Shown here: positions 29,059-39,597 of the stretch, one piece after another
Numbering within the stretch: position 1 is the first letter of the stretch
Layout of the letters: the number at the start of each line of letters is the position of its first letter
Source of the DNA: Vulcanimicrobiota bacterium
GTDB taxonomy: Bacteria > Vulcanimicrobiota > Vulcanimicrobiia > Vulcanimicrobiales > Vulcanimicrobiaceae
Assembly: GCA_963720185.1 (NCBI GenBank)
Contig: OY970388.1
Coordinates: 1,340,077-1,404,076 of the forward strand
DNA: 64,000 nucleotides
Direction of reading: 5' to 3'
Notes under the pieces: model-generated
Told to the model about the DNA's origin: nothing
Seen by the model: the letters and a program-made list of their open reading frames with translations, nothing else
The model's database searches: none
Made by a program: the position numbers and the translations under genes

Positions 29059-30135
29059 CTACAGCGTCGACCAGATTTCCAATTTTCGCCTGACGCGGCC
29101 GATAACGGCGTCGGTGAATTCGGTCGTCGATGCGTGGCCCCCGAGATCGCTCGTCGCGAGCCCTTCGTAGACCGTTTCCAGCGTCGATTCATAGATCGCG
29201 CGCGAGGCACGCTGTGCAGGCGGATCATCCATATAGGAAAGCACGGCGGCGTCGGCGAGGATCATCGCCATCGGGTTGGCGACGTTCTTTCCGAAGAGAC
29301 GGGGTGCGGTGCCGTGCGGCGCTTCGGCCATGACGACGGTCGGCGTGAACGTTTGCGTATCGAACGAGAGCAAAATCGACTCGGCCCCGGCGATCGAACC
29401 GAAGAGCTGCATGACCAAATCGGAAAGGCAGTCGCCGTCGCGATTCAGCGACGGTATCACCAGCGGATGTTCGCCGTCGCTGCTCAAGAGCAGCGCGTAC
29501 GTCGCATCGATCAGCTGCGGTTCGTAACCGACGTCGGGATAGCGCGCGGCTGCCGCGTCCATCTCTTCTTTGAGCATGCCTTCATAGATGGGGCTCACCG
29601 TGTATTTTGGGCCGCCGAAGACTTTTGCGCGCATCCGTCGCGCGTGGGAAAACGCGTACTCCGCCACCGCCCGGCAGACGCTTCGCTCGATCGATTCCGT
29701 CCGGTACGCGATTTCAGAACCGCTTGAAGCGTCGCGCCACTCCTTCGCGTCGTATGCGTCGCCGACGGCCATGCGCACGACGGTTATAGGCGCGTGAATT
29801 CCCGCCACGGGACGAACGCCCGGAAGGCGGCGGCCGGTGCGCACGATCACTTTTCCGTCGACTTCACGGCGCAAGATCGCGTTCGGCGACCCGACGTCGC
29901 CGTGCGCTTCGGGCGTAATCGTCGCGGCTTTTAGTCCGAAGCGCGTTTCCTTCATTGCTTTGGCAGCTTCGTAGACGACGGCGTTGGAGGTCTTGCGCCG
30001 GTTCTCCAGCGACAGATCGAAACGCCGGAATGCGAGTTCGATTCCGATCACGGAGCGGTCCAGCACGCGCAAGGCCTCGACAAGCAGCTCCTGTCCGGTC
30101 TGGTCCCCTTCGAGCACTGCGATGGTCGGCGTCAA
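29059..30135 (-). CDS. isocitrate/isopropylmalate dehydrogenase family protein
   Basis: ORF 29059..30216 overlaps the ftsK start. The in-frame TTG at 30135 is preceded by GGGAG at 5 nt and gives MTPTIAVLEGDQTGQE..., the typical family N-terminus. Other family sequence includes KAATITP and SPNAILRRE. Confidence 0.8.
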   Translation of the reverse strand: MTPTIAVLEGDQTGQELLVEALRVLDRSVIGIELAFRRFDLSLENRRKTSNAVVYEAAKAMKETRFGLKAATITPEAHGDVGSPNAILRREVDGKVIVRTGRRLPGVRPVAGIHAPITVVRMAVGDAYDAKEWRDASSGSEIAYRTESIERSVCRAVAEYAFSHARRMRAKVFGGPKYTVSPIYEGMLKEEMDAAAARYPDVGYEPQLIDATYALLLSSDGEHPLVIPSLNRDGDCLSDLVMQLFGSIAGAESILLSFDTQTFTPTVVMAEAPHGTAPRLFGKNVANPMAMILADAAVLSYMDDPPAQRASRAIYESTLETVYEGLATSDLGGHASTTEFTDAVIGRVRRKLEIWSTL

Positions 30136-30172
30136 ATGAACTCCCGTATTCCTGACGAAAGAAACGTTCTCG

Positions 30173-32284
30173 ATGGCACGCGTACGCCGAAAGGCGACCG
30201 CGAAGTCGCGACTCAACTTCGAGATTGCCGGCCTCTGCGCAATGGGAATCGCCTTATTGTTGGCGATCGCGCTGGCCTCTCCGGCGCACTCGGGCGCTGC
30301 GGGCGCCGCCGCCGCACGCGCACTTCACGCCGTCTTTGGAGAGGTTGCCGTCGTTTTCCCGGTGTTGGTCGCCATCGCCGGAGCGATCCTATTTTTAGAA
30401 ATCAACATTTCGCGCACGCTCGCCACGCTCGGCTCGGCGATAGCAGCGTATTTTTTGATTTTGGCCGCGGCGTTCGCGAGCAACGGCGGCGTGGTCGGGT
30501 TCGCGTTGTGGTCCGCGCTGCGTTCCCTCATCGGCGTAGCAGGCGCGCGCGTCGTGCTCGCGCTTTGCGCGCTGTTGCTTGCCGTGTGGATGGGCAATGT
30601 TTCCGTGAAAAGACTGATCGGCTGGATCGCGCTGCAACTATCGCGCGTCCGGCTGCCGAAGGTAGCGTTGCCGCAAATGAGAAGCGCGCCAAGTTTGCCC
30701 GGTCCGGTCGATTCGGTTGGCCCGCCTGCCGTCGACATCGAAGAAGCGCTGCCGCCGCAGAACGAACCGCCGCGGATTTTGGCCGCGCGGCCTCAAGCAC
30801 AACGAGTCGAATACGAGCCTTCGGCCTCCCGCACGACCCGGACGTATCAAATTCCGGATCTCTCGCTCTTCGATACCCCTGCGGCGCAAGCAACGGACGA
30901 CTCGACGCGCTCGCACGTGCTGGAAGACACGCTGGCGTCGTTCGGAGTCGGCGCGAAAGTGATCCACATCGAGCGGGGACCGTCGATCACCCGCTACGAG
31001 CTGCGGCCCGACCGCGGCGTGAAAATCTCTCGAATTGCCTCGCTGGCTGACGACGTCGCGCTGGCTCTTGCGGCCACGAGCGTTCGCATCGAAGCGCCGA
31101 TTCCGGGGAAATCGGCGGTCGGGATCGAGATTCCGAATAAGACGATCTCGATCGTCGCCATTCGCGAGATCTTGGAGGCATTGCCCCAACGCGGCACCGT
31201 GCCCCCGTTATGGATGGCGCTCGGCAAAGATATTACGGGGCGTCCGATCTTCGGTGATTTGGGAACGATGCCGCATCTCTTGGTGGCGGGCGCGACGGGA
31301 TCCGGGAAGTCGGTTTGCTTGAACACGATCATCGCCTCACTGCTGGTCAGCGCAACGCCGGATCAGGTGCAGATGCTCATGATCGATCCGAAGCGCGTCG
31401 AGCTGCCCGTCTACAATGGTATCCCGCATCTCATTAAGGAGGTGATCACGGAACCTCGTATGGCGGCGGGCGCACTCTTCGAGATGACAAAGGAAATGGA
31501 CGCTCGGTACGAGCGCTTCGCTAAGGCGGGCGTGCGCAAGATCGAGGAATACAACGCCAAATATCCCGGCGAACGGCTGCCGTACGTGTTGGTGGTGATC
31601 GACGAGCTTGCCGACCTCATGATGGTCGCTCCTGCGAAAGTTGAAACCACGATCATGCGGCTGGCTCAGCTCGCTCGCGCGACGGGCATTCATTTAGTCG
31701 TGGCCACGCAAAGGCCGTCCGTCGACGTGATCACCGGCCTCATCAAAGCCAACATCCCCTCGCGCATCGCTTTTGCGGTGAGTTCTCAGGTTGATTCCCG
31801 CACGATTCTCGATATGGCCGGCGCGGAACGGCTCCTGGGCCGAGGCGACATGCTGTATCTTCCTATCGATGCTCCCAAGCCGGTGCGCGCGCAGGGCGCG
31901 CTAATCACCGGAGGAGAGATTCACCGCCTCGTGCACTTCTGGGCAAAACAGGCACGCCCGGACAACCTGGTTGACGTCGATGTTACGCCCGTCGGCGACG
32001 AAGATGCCGCACGCAGGGACGTCGATCCGCTTTGCTACGACGCGGCGAAGTTCATCATCGAAACAAACTACGCATCGACGGCGGCTCTGCAGTCACAGTT
32101 TTCTATCGGGCATCCACGGGCCATGCGCGTGATGAAACAGTTGGAAGAGTTCAAAATTGTCGGACCGCACGAGGGTACGAAGCCCCGGCGGATCCTGCTC
32201 GGCCTAGCGGAACTGGAAGCCGTTGCCACGCGGCTGGGCCGGGACCGTCCCGAAGAGCCCGATCTTTTTGCGGCTGGCGCGTAA
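30173..32284 (+). CDS. ftsK: DNA translocase FtsK/SpoIIIE
   Basis: 703 aa. It has four N-terminal TM helices, a linker, a motor domain with Walker A GATGSGKS and Walker B VVIDELADL, and a C-terminal gamma wHTH domain. Confidence 0.93.
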   Translation: MARVRRKATAKSRLNFEIAGLCAMGIALLLAIALASPAHSGAAGAAAARALHAVFGEVAVVFPVLVAIAGAILFLEINISRTLATLGSAIAAYFLILAAAFASNGGVVGFALWSALRSLIGVAGARVVLALCALLLAVWMGNVSVKRLIGWIALQLSRVRLPKVALPQMRSAPSLPGPVDSVGPPAVDIEEALPPQNEPPRILAARPQAQRVEYEPSASRTTRTYQIPDLSLFDTPAAQATDDSTRSHVLEDTLASFGVGAKVIHIERGPSITRYELRPDRGVKISRIASLADDVALALAATSVRIEAPIPGKSAVGIEIPNKTISIVAIREILEALPQRGTVPPLWMALGKDITGRPIFGDLGTMPHLLVAGATGSGKSVCLNTIIASLLVSATPDQVQMLMIDPKRVELPVYNGIPHLIKEVITEPRMAAGALFEMTKEMDARYERFAKAGVRKIEEYNAKYPGERLPYVLVVIDELADLMMVAPAKVETTIMRLAQLARATGIHLVVATQRPSVDVITGLIKANIPSRIAFAVSSQVDSRTILDMAGAERLLGRGDMLYLPIDAPKPVRAQGALITGGEIHRLVHFWAKQARPDNLVDVDVTPVGDEDAARRDVDPLCYDAAKFIIETNYASTAALQSQFSIGHPRAMRVMKQLEEFKIVGPHEGTKPRRILLGLAELEAVATRLGRDRPEEPDLFAAGA

Positions 32285-32921
32285 GGCGCCGCTTCATCTT
32301 TTTGTCGGGCTCGCGCTCTTGTGCGCGGCCTTCTGGCTGGGCCACTACGTCGTGACGCATCGGGAGCCGCCCGCGCTGATGGCGTTTGCTCGTCAAGTTC
32401 GCGGCGAAGCGGTCCCGGAAGCCTGGGCAATCACGCATGCCGGATTCTGGTACGTCCTCGCGCCGCTTTATTTGCTGATGGTCGTCGCGGCGGCGCTTTA
32501 CCCAGCGCAGCGCGTGCCGCTGCTCTATGCCGTGATCTGCGGCATCGTTGCGTGGGGAGCGGCAAGCGGCTTCCAGCACCTCTTTGCGCGTCCTCGGCGT
32601 GGCGACTGGCTCGTACGCCACGAAACGGCCTTTTCGTACCCCAGCTCGCATGCGGCCATTGCGACGGCCTTCTATTTTATATGCGCTCTGCTGGTGCTGC
32701 GTTCACGTGCGACCGTCGGCGTGCGTTGCGCCGGATTTTGCCTCCTGAGCGCGCTCGCGTTTGCTATCGTGTGGTCGCGCCTGGCGCTGGCGGCGCACTA
32801 CGTGACCGATGTCATCGGCGGCATCGTGCTGGGACTGGCGGTCGCCGCCGCCCTTGGATACCCCTTTGCAATTGCTCAGGCTGTTCAGGATGACAAGGCT
32901 AAAGTCACAAGGGAAGCATAG
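32268..32921 (+). CDS. PAP2 superfamily phosphatase (membrane)
   Basis: ORF 32223..32921. I preferred the in-frame TTG at 32268 (MRLARKAPLHLFVGLALL...), which gives a 17-nt overlap with ftsK. PAP2 motifs are present: PSSHAA and AHYVTDVIGG. Confidence 0.75.
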   Translation: MRLARKAPLHLFVGLALLCAAFWLGHYVVTHREPPALMAFARQVRGEAVPEAWAITHAGFWYVLAPLYLLMVVAAALYPAQRVPLLYAVICGIVAWGAASGFQHLFARPRRGDWLVRHETAFSYPSSHAAIATAFYFICALLVLRSRATVGVRCAGFCLLSALAFAIVWSRLALAAHYVTDVIGGIVLGLAVAAALGYPFAIAQAVQDDKAKVTREA

Positions 32922-32947
32922 GGCCCAGCTGCTACACTAGGAGCACT

Positions 32948-34084
32948 TTGGCGCACGTAGCTGACCGCGAACTGATTGCAATCGGCAGAAAAGTCGAAGA
33001 CGGCATCCCGCTCTCAATGGAGGATGGACTGAGGCTTTTTCGCACGCCGGACCTGCACTCGCTCGGACGCATGGCGAGAGCCCTCAAGGAGCGCAAGAGC
33101 GGGAAGAAAGTCTTCTACGTTCTCAACCGCTACATCAATTCAACCAACGTCTGCTACGCCGGCTGTAAATTTTGTTCGTTCGCGGCGGACGAGTTCAAAG
33201 AGCCACAGCGAGTCGTACGCATGTCTGCGGACCAAGTGATGGAACGCGCGCTCCAGAGCGGCATCAACTTCAATCAAATCCACATCGTTGGAGGGCATGA
33301 CCCGCGCCAGCTTTCGCTCGACTACTGGCTTCCGCTTATGCGGCGCTTCAAAGAGCGGCTTCCTCACGTGCAGCTCTCCCTTTTCACGGCTGCCGAACTC
33401 GATTACATGGCCAAGCGCCACCGGATGAAGTACGCCGATCTCATCGCGATCTTGGCGAAGGCGGGCTTGGACAACGTCAACGGCGGCGGCGCCGAGATCT
33501 TTGCCGAGCGGACGCGAAAGAGCATTTGCGCGAACAAAGTGACCTCGGAGAATTGGCTTGCCATCCATGAAGAGCTGCACCGGCAAGGCGTTGCGTCGAA
33601 TGCCACGATGCTCTACGGCCACATCGAGTCGCTCGAAGATCGGCTCGACCACTTGATTCGCCTGCGCGAATCGCAGGATCGGTCGCCGGGCTACAACGCC
33701 TTTATTCCGCTGGCATTCCATCCCGATGGAAACGAGATGAGCGATTGCGGCTGGACCAGCGGCTTGGATGATATTCGCATGTTCGCAGTCGCTCGCCTAA
33801 TGCTGCACAACTTCGACCACATCAAAGCGTACTGGATGATTCAAGGGCTCAAGGTTTGCCAGGTGGCGTTGCAGTTCGGCGCGGATGATATGGACGGCAC
33901 GCATGGCAGCACCGATGAAGAGCTGATTTATCACAGTGCCGGCACGTCTTCGGGCCAGCACGTGGACGATCGAGAATTCCGCAGGCTTATCGAAGATGCC
34001 GGGTACGTGCCGGTTCGCCGCAACACGACGTACGATGAGTTTTCGTGGGATTGGAGTCCGCAGCAAGAGATGGCAACCGCCTAG
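32948..34084 (+). CDS. mqnE: radical SAM menaquinone-biosynthesis enzyme of the futalosine pathway; tentatively aminofutalosine synthase MqnE
   Basis: 378 aa. It has the CxxxCxxC motif in NSTNVCYAGCKFCSF, a CofH-like layout, and the late motif FIPLAFHP. Assigning MqnE versus MqnC relies on recalled family patterns. Confidence 0.65.
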   Translation: MAHVADRELIAIGRKVEDGIPLSMEDGLRLFRTPDLHSLGRMARALKERKSGKKVFYVLNRYINSTNVCYAGCKFCSFAADEFKEPQRVVRMSADQVMERALQSGINFNQIHIVGGHDPRQLSLDYWLPLMRRFKERLPHVQLSLFTAAELDYMAKRHRMKYADLIAILAKAGLDNVNGGGAEIFAERTRKSICANKVTSENWLAIHEELHRQGVASNATMLYGHIESLEDRLDHLIRLRESQDRSPGYNAFIPLAFHPDGNEMSDCGWTSGLDDIRMFAVARLMLHNFDHIKAYWMIQGLKVCQVALQFGADDMDGTHGSTDEELIYHSAGTSSGQHVDDREFRRLIEDAGYVPVRRNTTYDEFSWDWSPQQEMATA

Positions 34085-34881
34085 TGTTGCGGTGCGGACG
34101 CATCCGGTACACGAACGTCCTGCCCCTCTATGCGGCTTTTGATGAAGGCGCCTTGATCTATCCGGGAAAGCTGCACGAGGATGTGCCGACGCGTTTGAAT
34201 GCGATGATGCGCGCGAGCGAGCTGGACGTCGGAGCCGTCAGCGCGTTCGAGTATGCGACGCATCGTGAGCGCTACGTGCTGCTGCCGGATCCTTGCGTGG
34301 GCGCGCGCGAGGAGGTCATCTCCGTGGCCTTGGTTTCTCCGCTGCCACCCGCGTTGCTCGATGGAACGTCGATCGCGGTGACGCCGGATTCTGCAAGCGG
34401 CAGAGCGCTGCTTCGGTTGATCTTGGAACGCCGCTACGGCGTGCGTGCGCGGTATCGGGAGACCGCCGATGCGGCTGCGCGGGCACGCGCGGGTGAAGCG
34501 GCGCTGCTGATCGGCGACGAAGCAATCGACGCGGTGCTAAGTGCCGAACCTTCACACGTCTACGATCTCGGCCTGCTGTGGCGGCAGTGGACGGGAGAAG
34601 AGAGCGTTTTCGCGGTGTGGGTCGCGCGCCGAGAGATCTTCGAGTCGCAACGGCAGGCCGTTGAGAGTTGCGTGCGGGCGCATCGAGAGGCGCGCGCGTG
34701 GGCGAACAGCCACATGGATCGCGTTGTGAAATTGGCGCAGCAACGCAAAATACGTCCGGCGGGATTCTACGAACGTTACTACGGCAAGTTGAACTTCACG
34801 TTCACACCCGATGCGCAGCGCGGTTTGGACGCGTACTGCCGGCACGTCGCCACGCTGGAAACGGCCGATGCCGCTCGCTGA
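34084..34881 (+). CDS. mqnA: chorismate dehydratase MqnA (menaquinone via futalosine)
   Basis: ORF 34045..34881. I preferred the in-frame GTG at 34084, which overlaps the upstream stop (TAGTG) and gives VLRCGRIRYTNVLPLY..., the MqnA N-terminal pattern with a periplasmic-binding-protein-like fold. Confidence 0.8.
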   Translation: MLRCGRIRYTNVLPLYAAFDEGALIYPGKLHEDVPTRLNAMMRASELDVGAVSAFEYATHRERYVLLPDPCVGAREEVISVALVSPLPPALLDGTSIAVTPDSASGRALLRLILERRYGVRARYRETADAAARARAGEAALLIGDEAIDAVLSAEPSHVYDLGLLWRQWTGEESVFAVWVARREIFESQRQAVESCVRAHREARAWANSHMDRVVKLAQQRKIRPAGFYERYYGKLNFTFTPDAQRGLDAYCRHVATLETADAAR

Positions 34882-35950
34882 TCTGTTGGACCGCGCCGCA
34901 GAGGGCGGCCGGCTGACGTTCGAGGAGGGCGTCAGGCTCTACCGGGAAGCCGATTTGCACCGGCTCGGCGCTGCCGCACACGCGCGCCGCATGCAGCTGC
35001 ATCCCCCGGAGCGCGTCACGTACGTGATCGACACGACGATCAACTACACGAACGTCTGCAACGTGCACTGTACGTTTTGTGCGTTCTTCCGCCCGCAGAA
35101 GCACGGCGAAGGGTACACGATGACGCACGACGAGGTGCTGGCACGCGTCAAGCATGCCGCCGACCAAGGCGCGACGCAGATTATGATTCAAGGCGGCGTC
35201 AATCCCGAGCTGCGGCTGGAGTGGTTCGAGCGGCTCTTCGAACGCGTGGCGCAAGAGTATCCGGACGTAGACCTGCACTCACTGAGCGTTTCGGAGATCG
35301 TGGGGCTCGCTCACGTGGAAGAGCTGCCCATCGAAACGGTGCTGCGGCGTTTGCGCGCGGCGGGCATGAAATCGCTCCCTGGTGCGGGCGCGGAAATCTT
35401 GGTCGAGCGCGTGCGCAAGCGGATCAGCGCTCGCAAAGTGAAGCCTGAAGAGTGGCTCGGCGTTATGCGCACGGCGCAATGCCTGGGCATGCCGACGACC
35501 GCAACCATGATGTTCGGATCGATCGAAACGGATGAAGAGCGGATCATGCACCTCGATGCGGTACGGCGGCTGCAGGACGAAACCGGCGGCTTTACCGCCT
35601 TTATTCCTTGGTATTACGTTCCGTGGAAAACGCCGCTGCGTGGAACGGAAGCGACCGGACTGCAGTACCTGCGTGTTCTCGCGATCTCGCGGCTCTATCT
35701 CGACAACGTCGCGCACCTGCAGGCATCGTGGTTGACGCCGGGGTTAAAGATGGGCCAGTTGGCGCTTTTCTATGGCTGCGACGATATGGGCGGAACGATC
35801 ATTGAGGAACAAGTCGTGCGCGATGCCGGTTCTACGAATGAAGCGAGCAGAGCGCAGCTTGAAGCGTTGATTCGGGGCGCCGGTTTTGAACCGGTCATTC
35901 GAGATACGTACTGGAATCTGCGCAGCGGCTTTGCCTTGGCGACCGCGTAG
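34868..35950 (+). CDS. mqnC: radical SAM menaquinone-biosynthesis enzyme; tentatively cyclic dehypoxanthinyl futalosine synthase MqnC
   Basis: From the internal ATG at 34868 (MPLADLLDRAAEGGRLTFEEG...). It has VTYVIDTTINYTNVCNVHCTFCAF and the late motif FIPWYYVP. It overlaps mqnA by 14 nt. Confidence 0.65.
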   Translation: MPLADLLDRAAEGGRLTFEEGVRLYREADLHRLGAAAHARRMQLHPPERVTYVIDTTINYTNVCNVHCTFCAFFRPQKHGEGYTMTHDEVLARVKHAADQGATQIMIQGGVNPELRLEWFERLFERVAQEYPDVDLHSLSVSEIVGLAHVEELPIETVLRRLRAAGMKSLPGAGAEILVERVRKRISARKVKPEEWLGVMRTAQCLGMPTTATMMFGSIETDEERIMHLDAVRRLQDETGGFTAFIPWYYVPWKTPLRGTEATGLQYLRVLAISRLYLDNVAHLQASWLTPGLKMGQLALFYGCDDMGGTIIEEQVVRDAGSTNEASRAQLEALIRGAGFEPVIRDTYWNLRSGFALATA

Positions 35951-35953
35951 CGT

Positions 35954-37024
35954 TCAGGCAGCAGCGCGGATCGTCGCTCCCCCGAGCACTTCATCGCCGC
36001 CGGGATCGAAGATGGCAACGAGCTGCCCCGGCGCAATCGCGCGCTGCGGCTCGTCGAACTCCACGCGCAGTAGCGCCCCATCGATGGTCGCGCGTGCCGG
36101 CGCCGGCGTAGCACGGTAGCGCGGCGCTGCCAGCACGCGGGCATGCGGCTGCGCGAAGCGCTCCGGGCGGATGAGGTTGACTTCGTCGGCGGTCAGAGCG
36201 CGGCTTTGCAGTTCGGCTTCGCCGCCGATCACGATCGTGTTGCTCCGCGGGTCGATCCGCGTAACGAATCGCGGCGGGCCGCTGCGGGAGGGCAGTTTGC
36301 GGCGCTGGCCGACGGTATAGTACGCGATGCCCTCGTGAGTTCCGACGATCTGTCCGTCCTGCAGAAAAGCGCCTCCGTGCGCAAGTTCGGGGCGAAGCGC
36401 GCTCAAGACGTTGCGGTAGTCGCTTCCTTCGGCAAAACAGATCTCTTGTGATTCCCGCTTTTCCGCGACGATGAGGCCCATTCGATGCGCGTGCGCACGC
36501 GTAGTTTGCTTGTCGAATCCGGAAAGCGGAAGGATGAGCCGCGTCAGTTGCTCCGGCGAAAGCTGCGCGAGCGCGTATGCTTGGTCTTTGCCGTGTGAAC
36601 TGCGGAATAGGTGCGGACCGTCCGCGGCGCGATCGACGCGAGCGTAGTGCCCGGTGGCGACATAGGGCGCGCCGCAGGCGTCGGCATACTTGCGTAGCGT
36701 GCCCAGCTTGACGAAGTTGTTGCATGCGATGCAGGGATTGGGCGTTCTTCCGGCAGCGTAGTCATCCACAAATCTTTCAATGACCTCTCGCCGGAACGCC
36801 TCGCGAAAATCCAACACGTAATGAGGGATCCCAAGCGCGGCCGCGCTGCGGCGGGCATCGTCGAAGTCATCGACGCCGCAGCAGCTCTTCGCGTGTGCGG
36901 GACGCGACGGCTCGTACATTTTCATCGTAACGCCGATCACGTCGTAACCGGCTTCAACCAAAAGTCCGGCCGCGACTGCAGAATCGACTCCACCGCTCAT
37001 CGCAGCGATCACGCGCGTTTTCAT
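35954..37024 (-). CDS. mnmA: tRNA 2-thiouridine(34) synthase
   Basis: 356 aa. It has the PP-loop AMSGGVDS, the catalytic Cys region NPCIACN, and the typical MnmA length. Confidence 0.93.
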   Translation of the reverse strand: MKTRVIAAMSGGVDSAVAAGLLVEAGYDVIGVTMKMYEPSRPAHAKSCCGVDDFDDARRSAAALGIPHYVLDFREAFRREVIERFVDDYAAGRTPNPCIACNNFVKLGTLRKYADACGAPYVATGHYARVDRAADGPHLFRSSHGKDQAYALAQLSPEQLTRLILPLSGFDKQTTRAHAHRMGLIVAEKRESQEICFAEGSDYRNVLSALRPELAHGGAFLQDGQIVGTHEGIAYYTVGQRRKLPSRSGPPRFVTRIDPRSNTIVIGGEAELQSRALTADEVNLIRPERFAQPHARVLAAPRYRATPAPARATIDGALLRVEFDEPQRAIAPGQLVAIFDPGGDEVLGGATIRAAA

Positions 37025-37075
37025 GGTTTTTCAATGACCAGGATAACAGGGTGCGGACGCAAACTCAAAGAGCCG

Positions 37076-37762
37076 ATGTCGCTCGGGGATCAGTTCAGGC
37101 AAGCCCGGCAACAGCGCGGTTTAACGCTTTCCGAGGTGGCCGAGCATATCCGCATCCGCTCCGTGTACCTCGCCGCCATAGAAGATGAGAATTGGAGCGC
37201 CATCGGGGCGCCGGTCTACACCCGCGGCTTTCTGCGCACCTATGCCCGTTTTCTGGACCTCGATCCCGAAGCCGCAGTCGCTGCATTCAACGCAACGCTT
37301 CCGGAGCAGCGGCCGCCGCCCGTCGCGAGCGCGCCGCGGTACAGGCGCGAACGCAGCTTGGCGCCGCTCATTTGGATTGCCGGCATCGTGGCGCTGGCGC
37401 TCATCGGTTTCGTCATCTACCTGGCGGTGGCGCCGGCGGGCCGCTCCCAGAGAACCGCTGCGGTCCCCGCCGCCTCGGGCCAAGCCGGCGCAACCGCGGT
37501 GCCCGCGGCCGCAGCAACCCCTCGCGGGCAGAGCCGGACGCTGCTGCTGCACTTCACTGCGGCATCTTGGGTCCGGGTCGTCGTTGACGGCAATGTTAGT
37601 ATTGAGGGTACGTTTCCGGCGGGAACGACGAAGGTATTCCACGGACGCAGCGCGCTAGTGCGCCTGGGTAACGCCGGCGGCGTACAGATCACCGTTGACG
37701 GCAAATCGCAGGCCGCGCTGGGCGGCATCGGCGACGTCGCCGAGAAGAACTTTGCGCTGTAA
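37076..37762 (+). CDS. RodZ-like cytoskeleton protein (HTH, one TM helix, DUF4115-like C-terminal domain)
   Basis: From the internal ATG at 37076: MSLGDQFRQARQQRGLTLSEVAEHIRIRSVYLAAIE (an XRE-type HTH). It also has the TM helix LIWIAGIVALALIGFVIYL and a C-terminal beta domain (WVRVVVDG...VRLGNAGGVQITVDG). Confidence 0.75.
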   Translation: MSLGDQFRQARQQRGLTLSEVAEHIRIRSVYLAAIEDENWSAIGAPVYTRGFLRTYARFLDLDPEAAVAAFNATLPEQRPPPVASAPRYRRERSLAPLIWIAGIVALALIGFVIYLAVAPAGRSQRTAAVPAASGQAGATAVPAAAATPRGQSRTLLLHFTAASWVRVVVDGNVSIEGTFPAGTTKVFHGRSALVRLGNAGGVQITVDGKSQAALGGIGDVAEKNFAL

Positions 37763-37765
37763 GAC

Positions 37766-38257
37766 ATGAGTGAATCATCGTTTGATGTGGTTTCGCGCGT
37801 CGATCAACAGGAACTCGACAATGCGCTCAACCAGGCTCGCAAAGAAATTGCCGGCCGCTTTGATTTCAAGAACAGCAAGACGCAGATCGATTACGATGGG
37901 AAGAAAACCATCACCGTGATCTCTGACGACGAGCTGAAGCTGCGCAACGTCATCGACATCATCCAAACGCGCGCGGTCAAACGCGGGATCGACATCAAAG
38001 CGTTCGGCATGGGCAACGTGGAGCCCGCTGCGCAAAACACCGTACGACAAACGATCGAGTTGCGCACCGGCATTCCGAAAGAAAAAAGCAAAGCGCTGAT
38101 CGAAGCGATCAAAGGCGTCAAGGCCAAGGTCACCGCACAGTATCAGGGCGACGAAATCCGCGTTTTCGGCAAGAACAAGGACGACCTCCAGAAGGTCATC
38201 GCGCACCTTCGCGCTTTGGACTACGAATTGCCGCTCCAGTTCGTGAACTATCGATGA
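37766..38257 (+). CDS. yajQ: YajQ family nucleotide (cyclic-di-GMP)-binding protein
   Basis: 163 aa. SFDVVSRVDQQELDNALNQARKEIAGRFDFK is the UPF0234/YajQ signature. Confidence 0.9.
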   Translation: MSESSFDVVSRVDQQELDNALNQARKEIAGRFDFKNSKTQIDYDGKKTITVISDDELKLRNVIDIIQTRAVKRGIDIKAFGMGNVEPAAQNTVRQTIELRTGIPKEKSKALIEAIKGVKAKVTAQYQGDEIRVFGKNKDDLQKVIAHLRALDYELPLQFVNYR

Positions 38258-39597
38258 GAAGCCGCAGCGCCGTCATCGCCGTGCTGGCGGTTCTTGCGGT
38301 GGCTGCGCTGGCGGCGGGATTTTTCTTGAAGTATCGGCGCGACTCGTTCCTCGCGCTCCTGGCGCCGGTCGTTCCGCAGCCACAGGCAGTCTTCCATAAG
38401 AACCACATCTTGGTGTTGGTCGAGGGTCTTGACTACGACTACAACTCCCAGGACGAGGAGTATTCGAGTAAAGCCCGCAGCGACGTCATCAAAGCGATCA
38501 ATCTGGATTTCCTGAACCACAATGTTTACGTGGTGGACATCCCGCGCGACATGGACGCAATCTTGCCCAATGGACGGGAAACGAAGATTAATGAAGCGCA
38601 GTCCGAGGGCGGCGTGTCGGAAGCGCGGTCCGTCATTGCCGGATGGTTAGGAATTCCGGGTTTCGATCGCTACGTGATCCTGCGCGTCAACACAACCAAG
38701 GATTTGATCAACGCCATCGGCGGCGTCGACGTGAAGGTCATGAATTCCGACTGCCTGATGCATCCGCCGGGGTGCGTCAACGGACCGCTGGATTACGTCG
38801 ATACCTGGGGACATCTCTCCATTCACCTCAAGCCGGGCTTTCAACATTTGAACGGCGACCAGGCCGTGGGGTACTCGCGCTTCAGACACGATTGGTGCGG
38901 CGATCCTTGCCGGATCATGCGCCAAGATCAAGTATTGAACGCAATGGTTGCGAAGCTTCGCACCAACCAAATCAATACGTTGCTGCATCTCAACGATCTT
39001 CTGGCGGTATTCCGGCGCGACGTACAAACCGATCTCACCAACCAGGAGCAGCTGAGTTTGGCGTTCTCTTTTGCTGCGCTGCCCAAGGGAGGGTTGCACA
39101 CCGCGCAGATTCCGTACGTGGACGACAAAGTCGCCTCCGACGGCGGCGAAGTAATCATTCCGGATCAAACCAAAAAAGCGCAGCTGGTGCAGTCTTACTT
39201 GCTGAGCGTGCCGCAGCCGTCGCCTCCACCGGCGCAAGCGGTACGCGTCGCCGGAGCGCCCACCCCGTCGCAGGTACGCGTCGTCGTTGAAAACGGCACG
39301 GGAGTGCCCGGCGTCGCGCGCCGGGCTGCCGAGCTGCTGCGCGAGCGGGGTTTTACGATCGCGCAAATCGGAAACGCACCCGCAGCAAACTTTACCACCA
39401 CGCAGGTTCACGAGCGCTCCGGCGCCCCGAATGCCGCCGCAAAGGTACGCGACGCGCTGGGGAGCGCGGCGAGCAAAGCTCTCGTCATCGCTGATGCCGG
39501 TTCCTTCGCCTCGGAAGGGCCGGGGAGCGACGTCACGGTCGTCGTGGGCCAGGACTTGGTGCCGTATTTGACGGCGCAGCCGATTTCGAATCCGTGA
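38254..39597 (+). CDS. LCP (LytR-CpsA-Psr) family protein with a LytR_C-type C-terminal domain
   Basis: 447 aa. It has an N-terminal TM helix, the LCP core (...SDVIKAINLD...IPRDM...GYSRFRHD..GD..R..RQ), and a C-terminal VRVVVENGTGVPGVARRAAELLRERGF domain. Its start overlaps yajQ (ATGA). Confidence 0.85.
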   Translation: MRSRSAVIAVLAVLAVAALAAGFFLKYRRDSFLALLAPVVPQPQAVFHKNHILVLVEGLDYDYNSQDEEYSSKARSDVIKAINLDFLNHNVYVVDIPRDMDAILPNGRETKINEAQSEGGVSEARSVIAGWLGIPGFDRYVILRVNTTKDLINAIGGVDVKVMNSDCLMHPPGCVNGPLDYVDTWGHLSIHLKPGFQHLNGDQAVGYSRFRHDWCGDPCRIMRQDQVLNAMVAKLRTNQINTLLHLNDLLAVFRRDVQTDLTNQEQLSLAFSFAALPKGGLHTAQIPYVDDKVASDGGEVIIPDQTKKAQLVQSYLLSVPQPSPPPAQAVRVAGAPTPSQVRVVVENGTGVPGVARRAAELLRERGFTIAQIGNAPAANFTTTQVHERSGAPNAAAKVRDALGSAASKALVIADAGSFASEGPGSDVTVVVGQDLVPYLTAQPISNP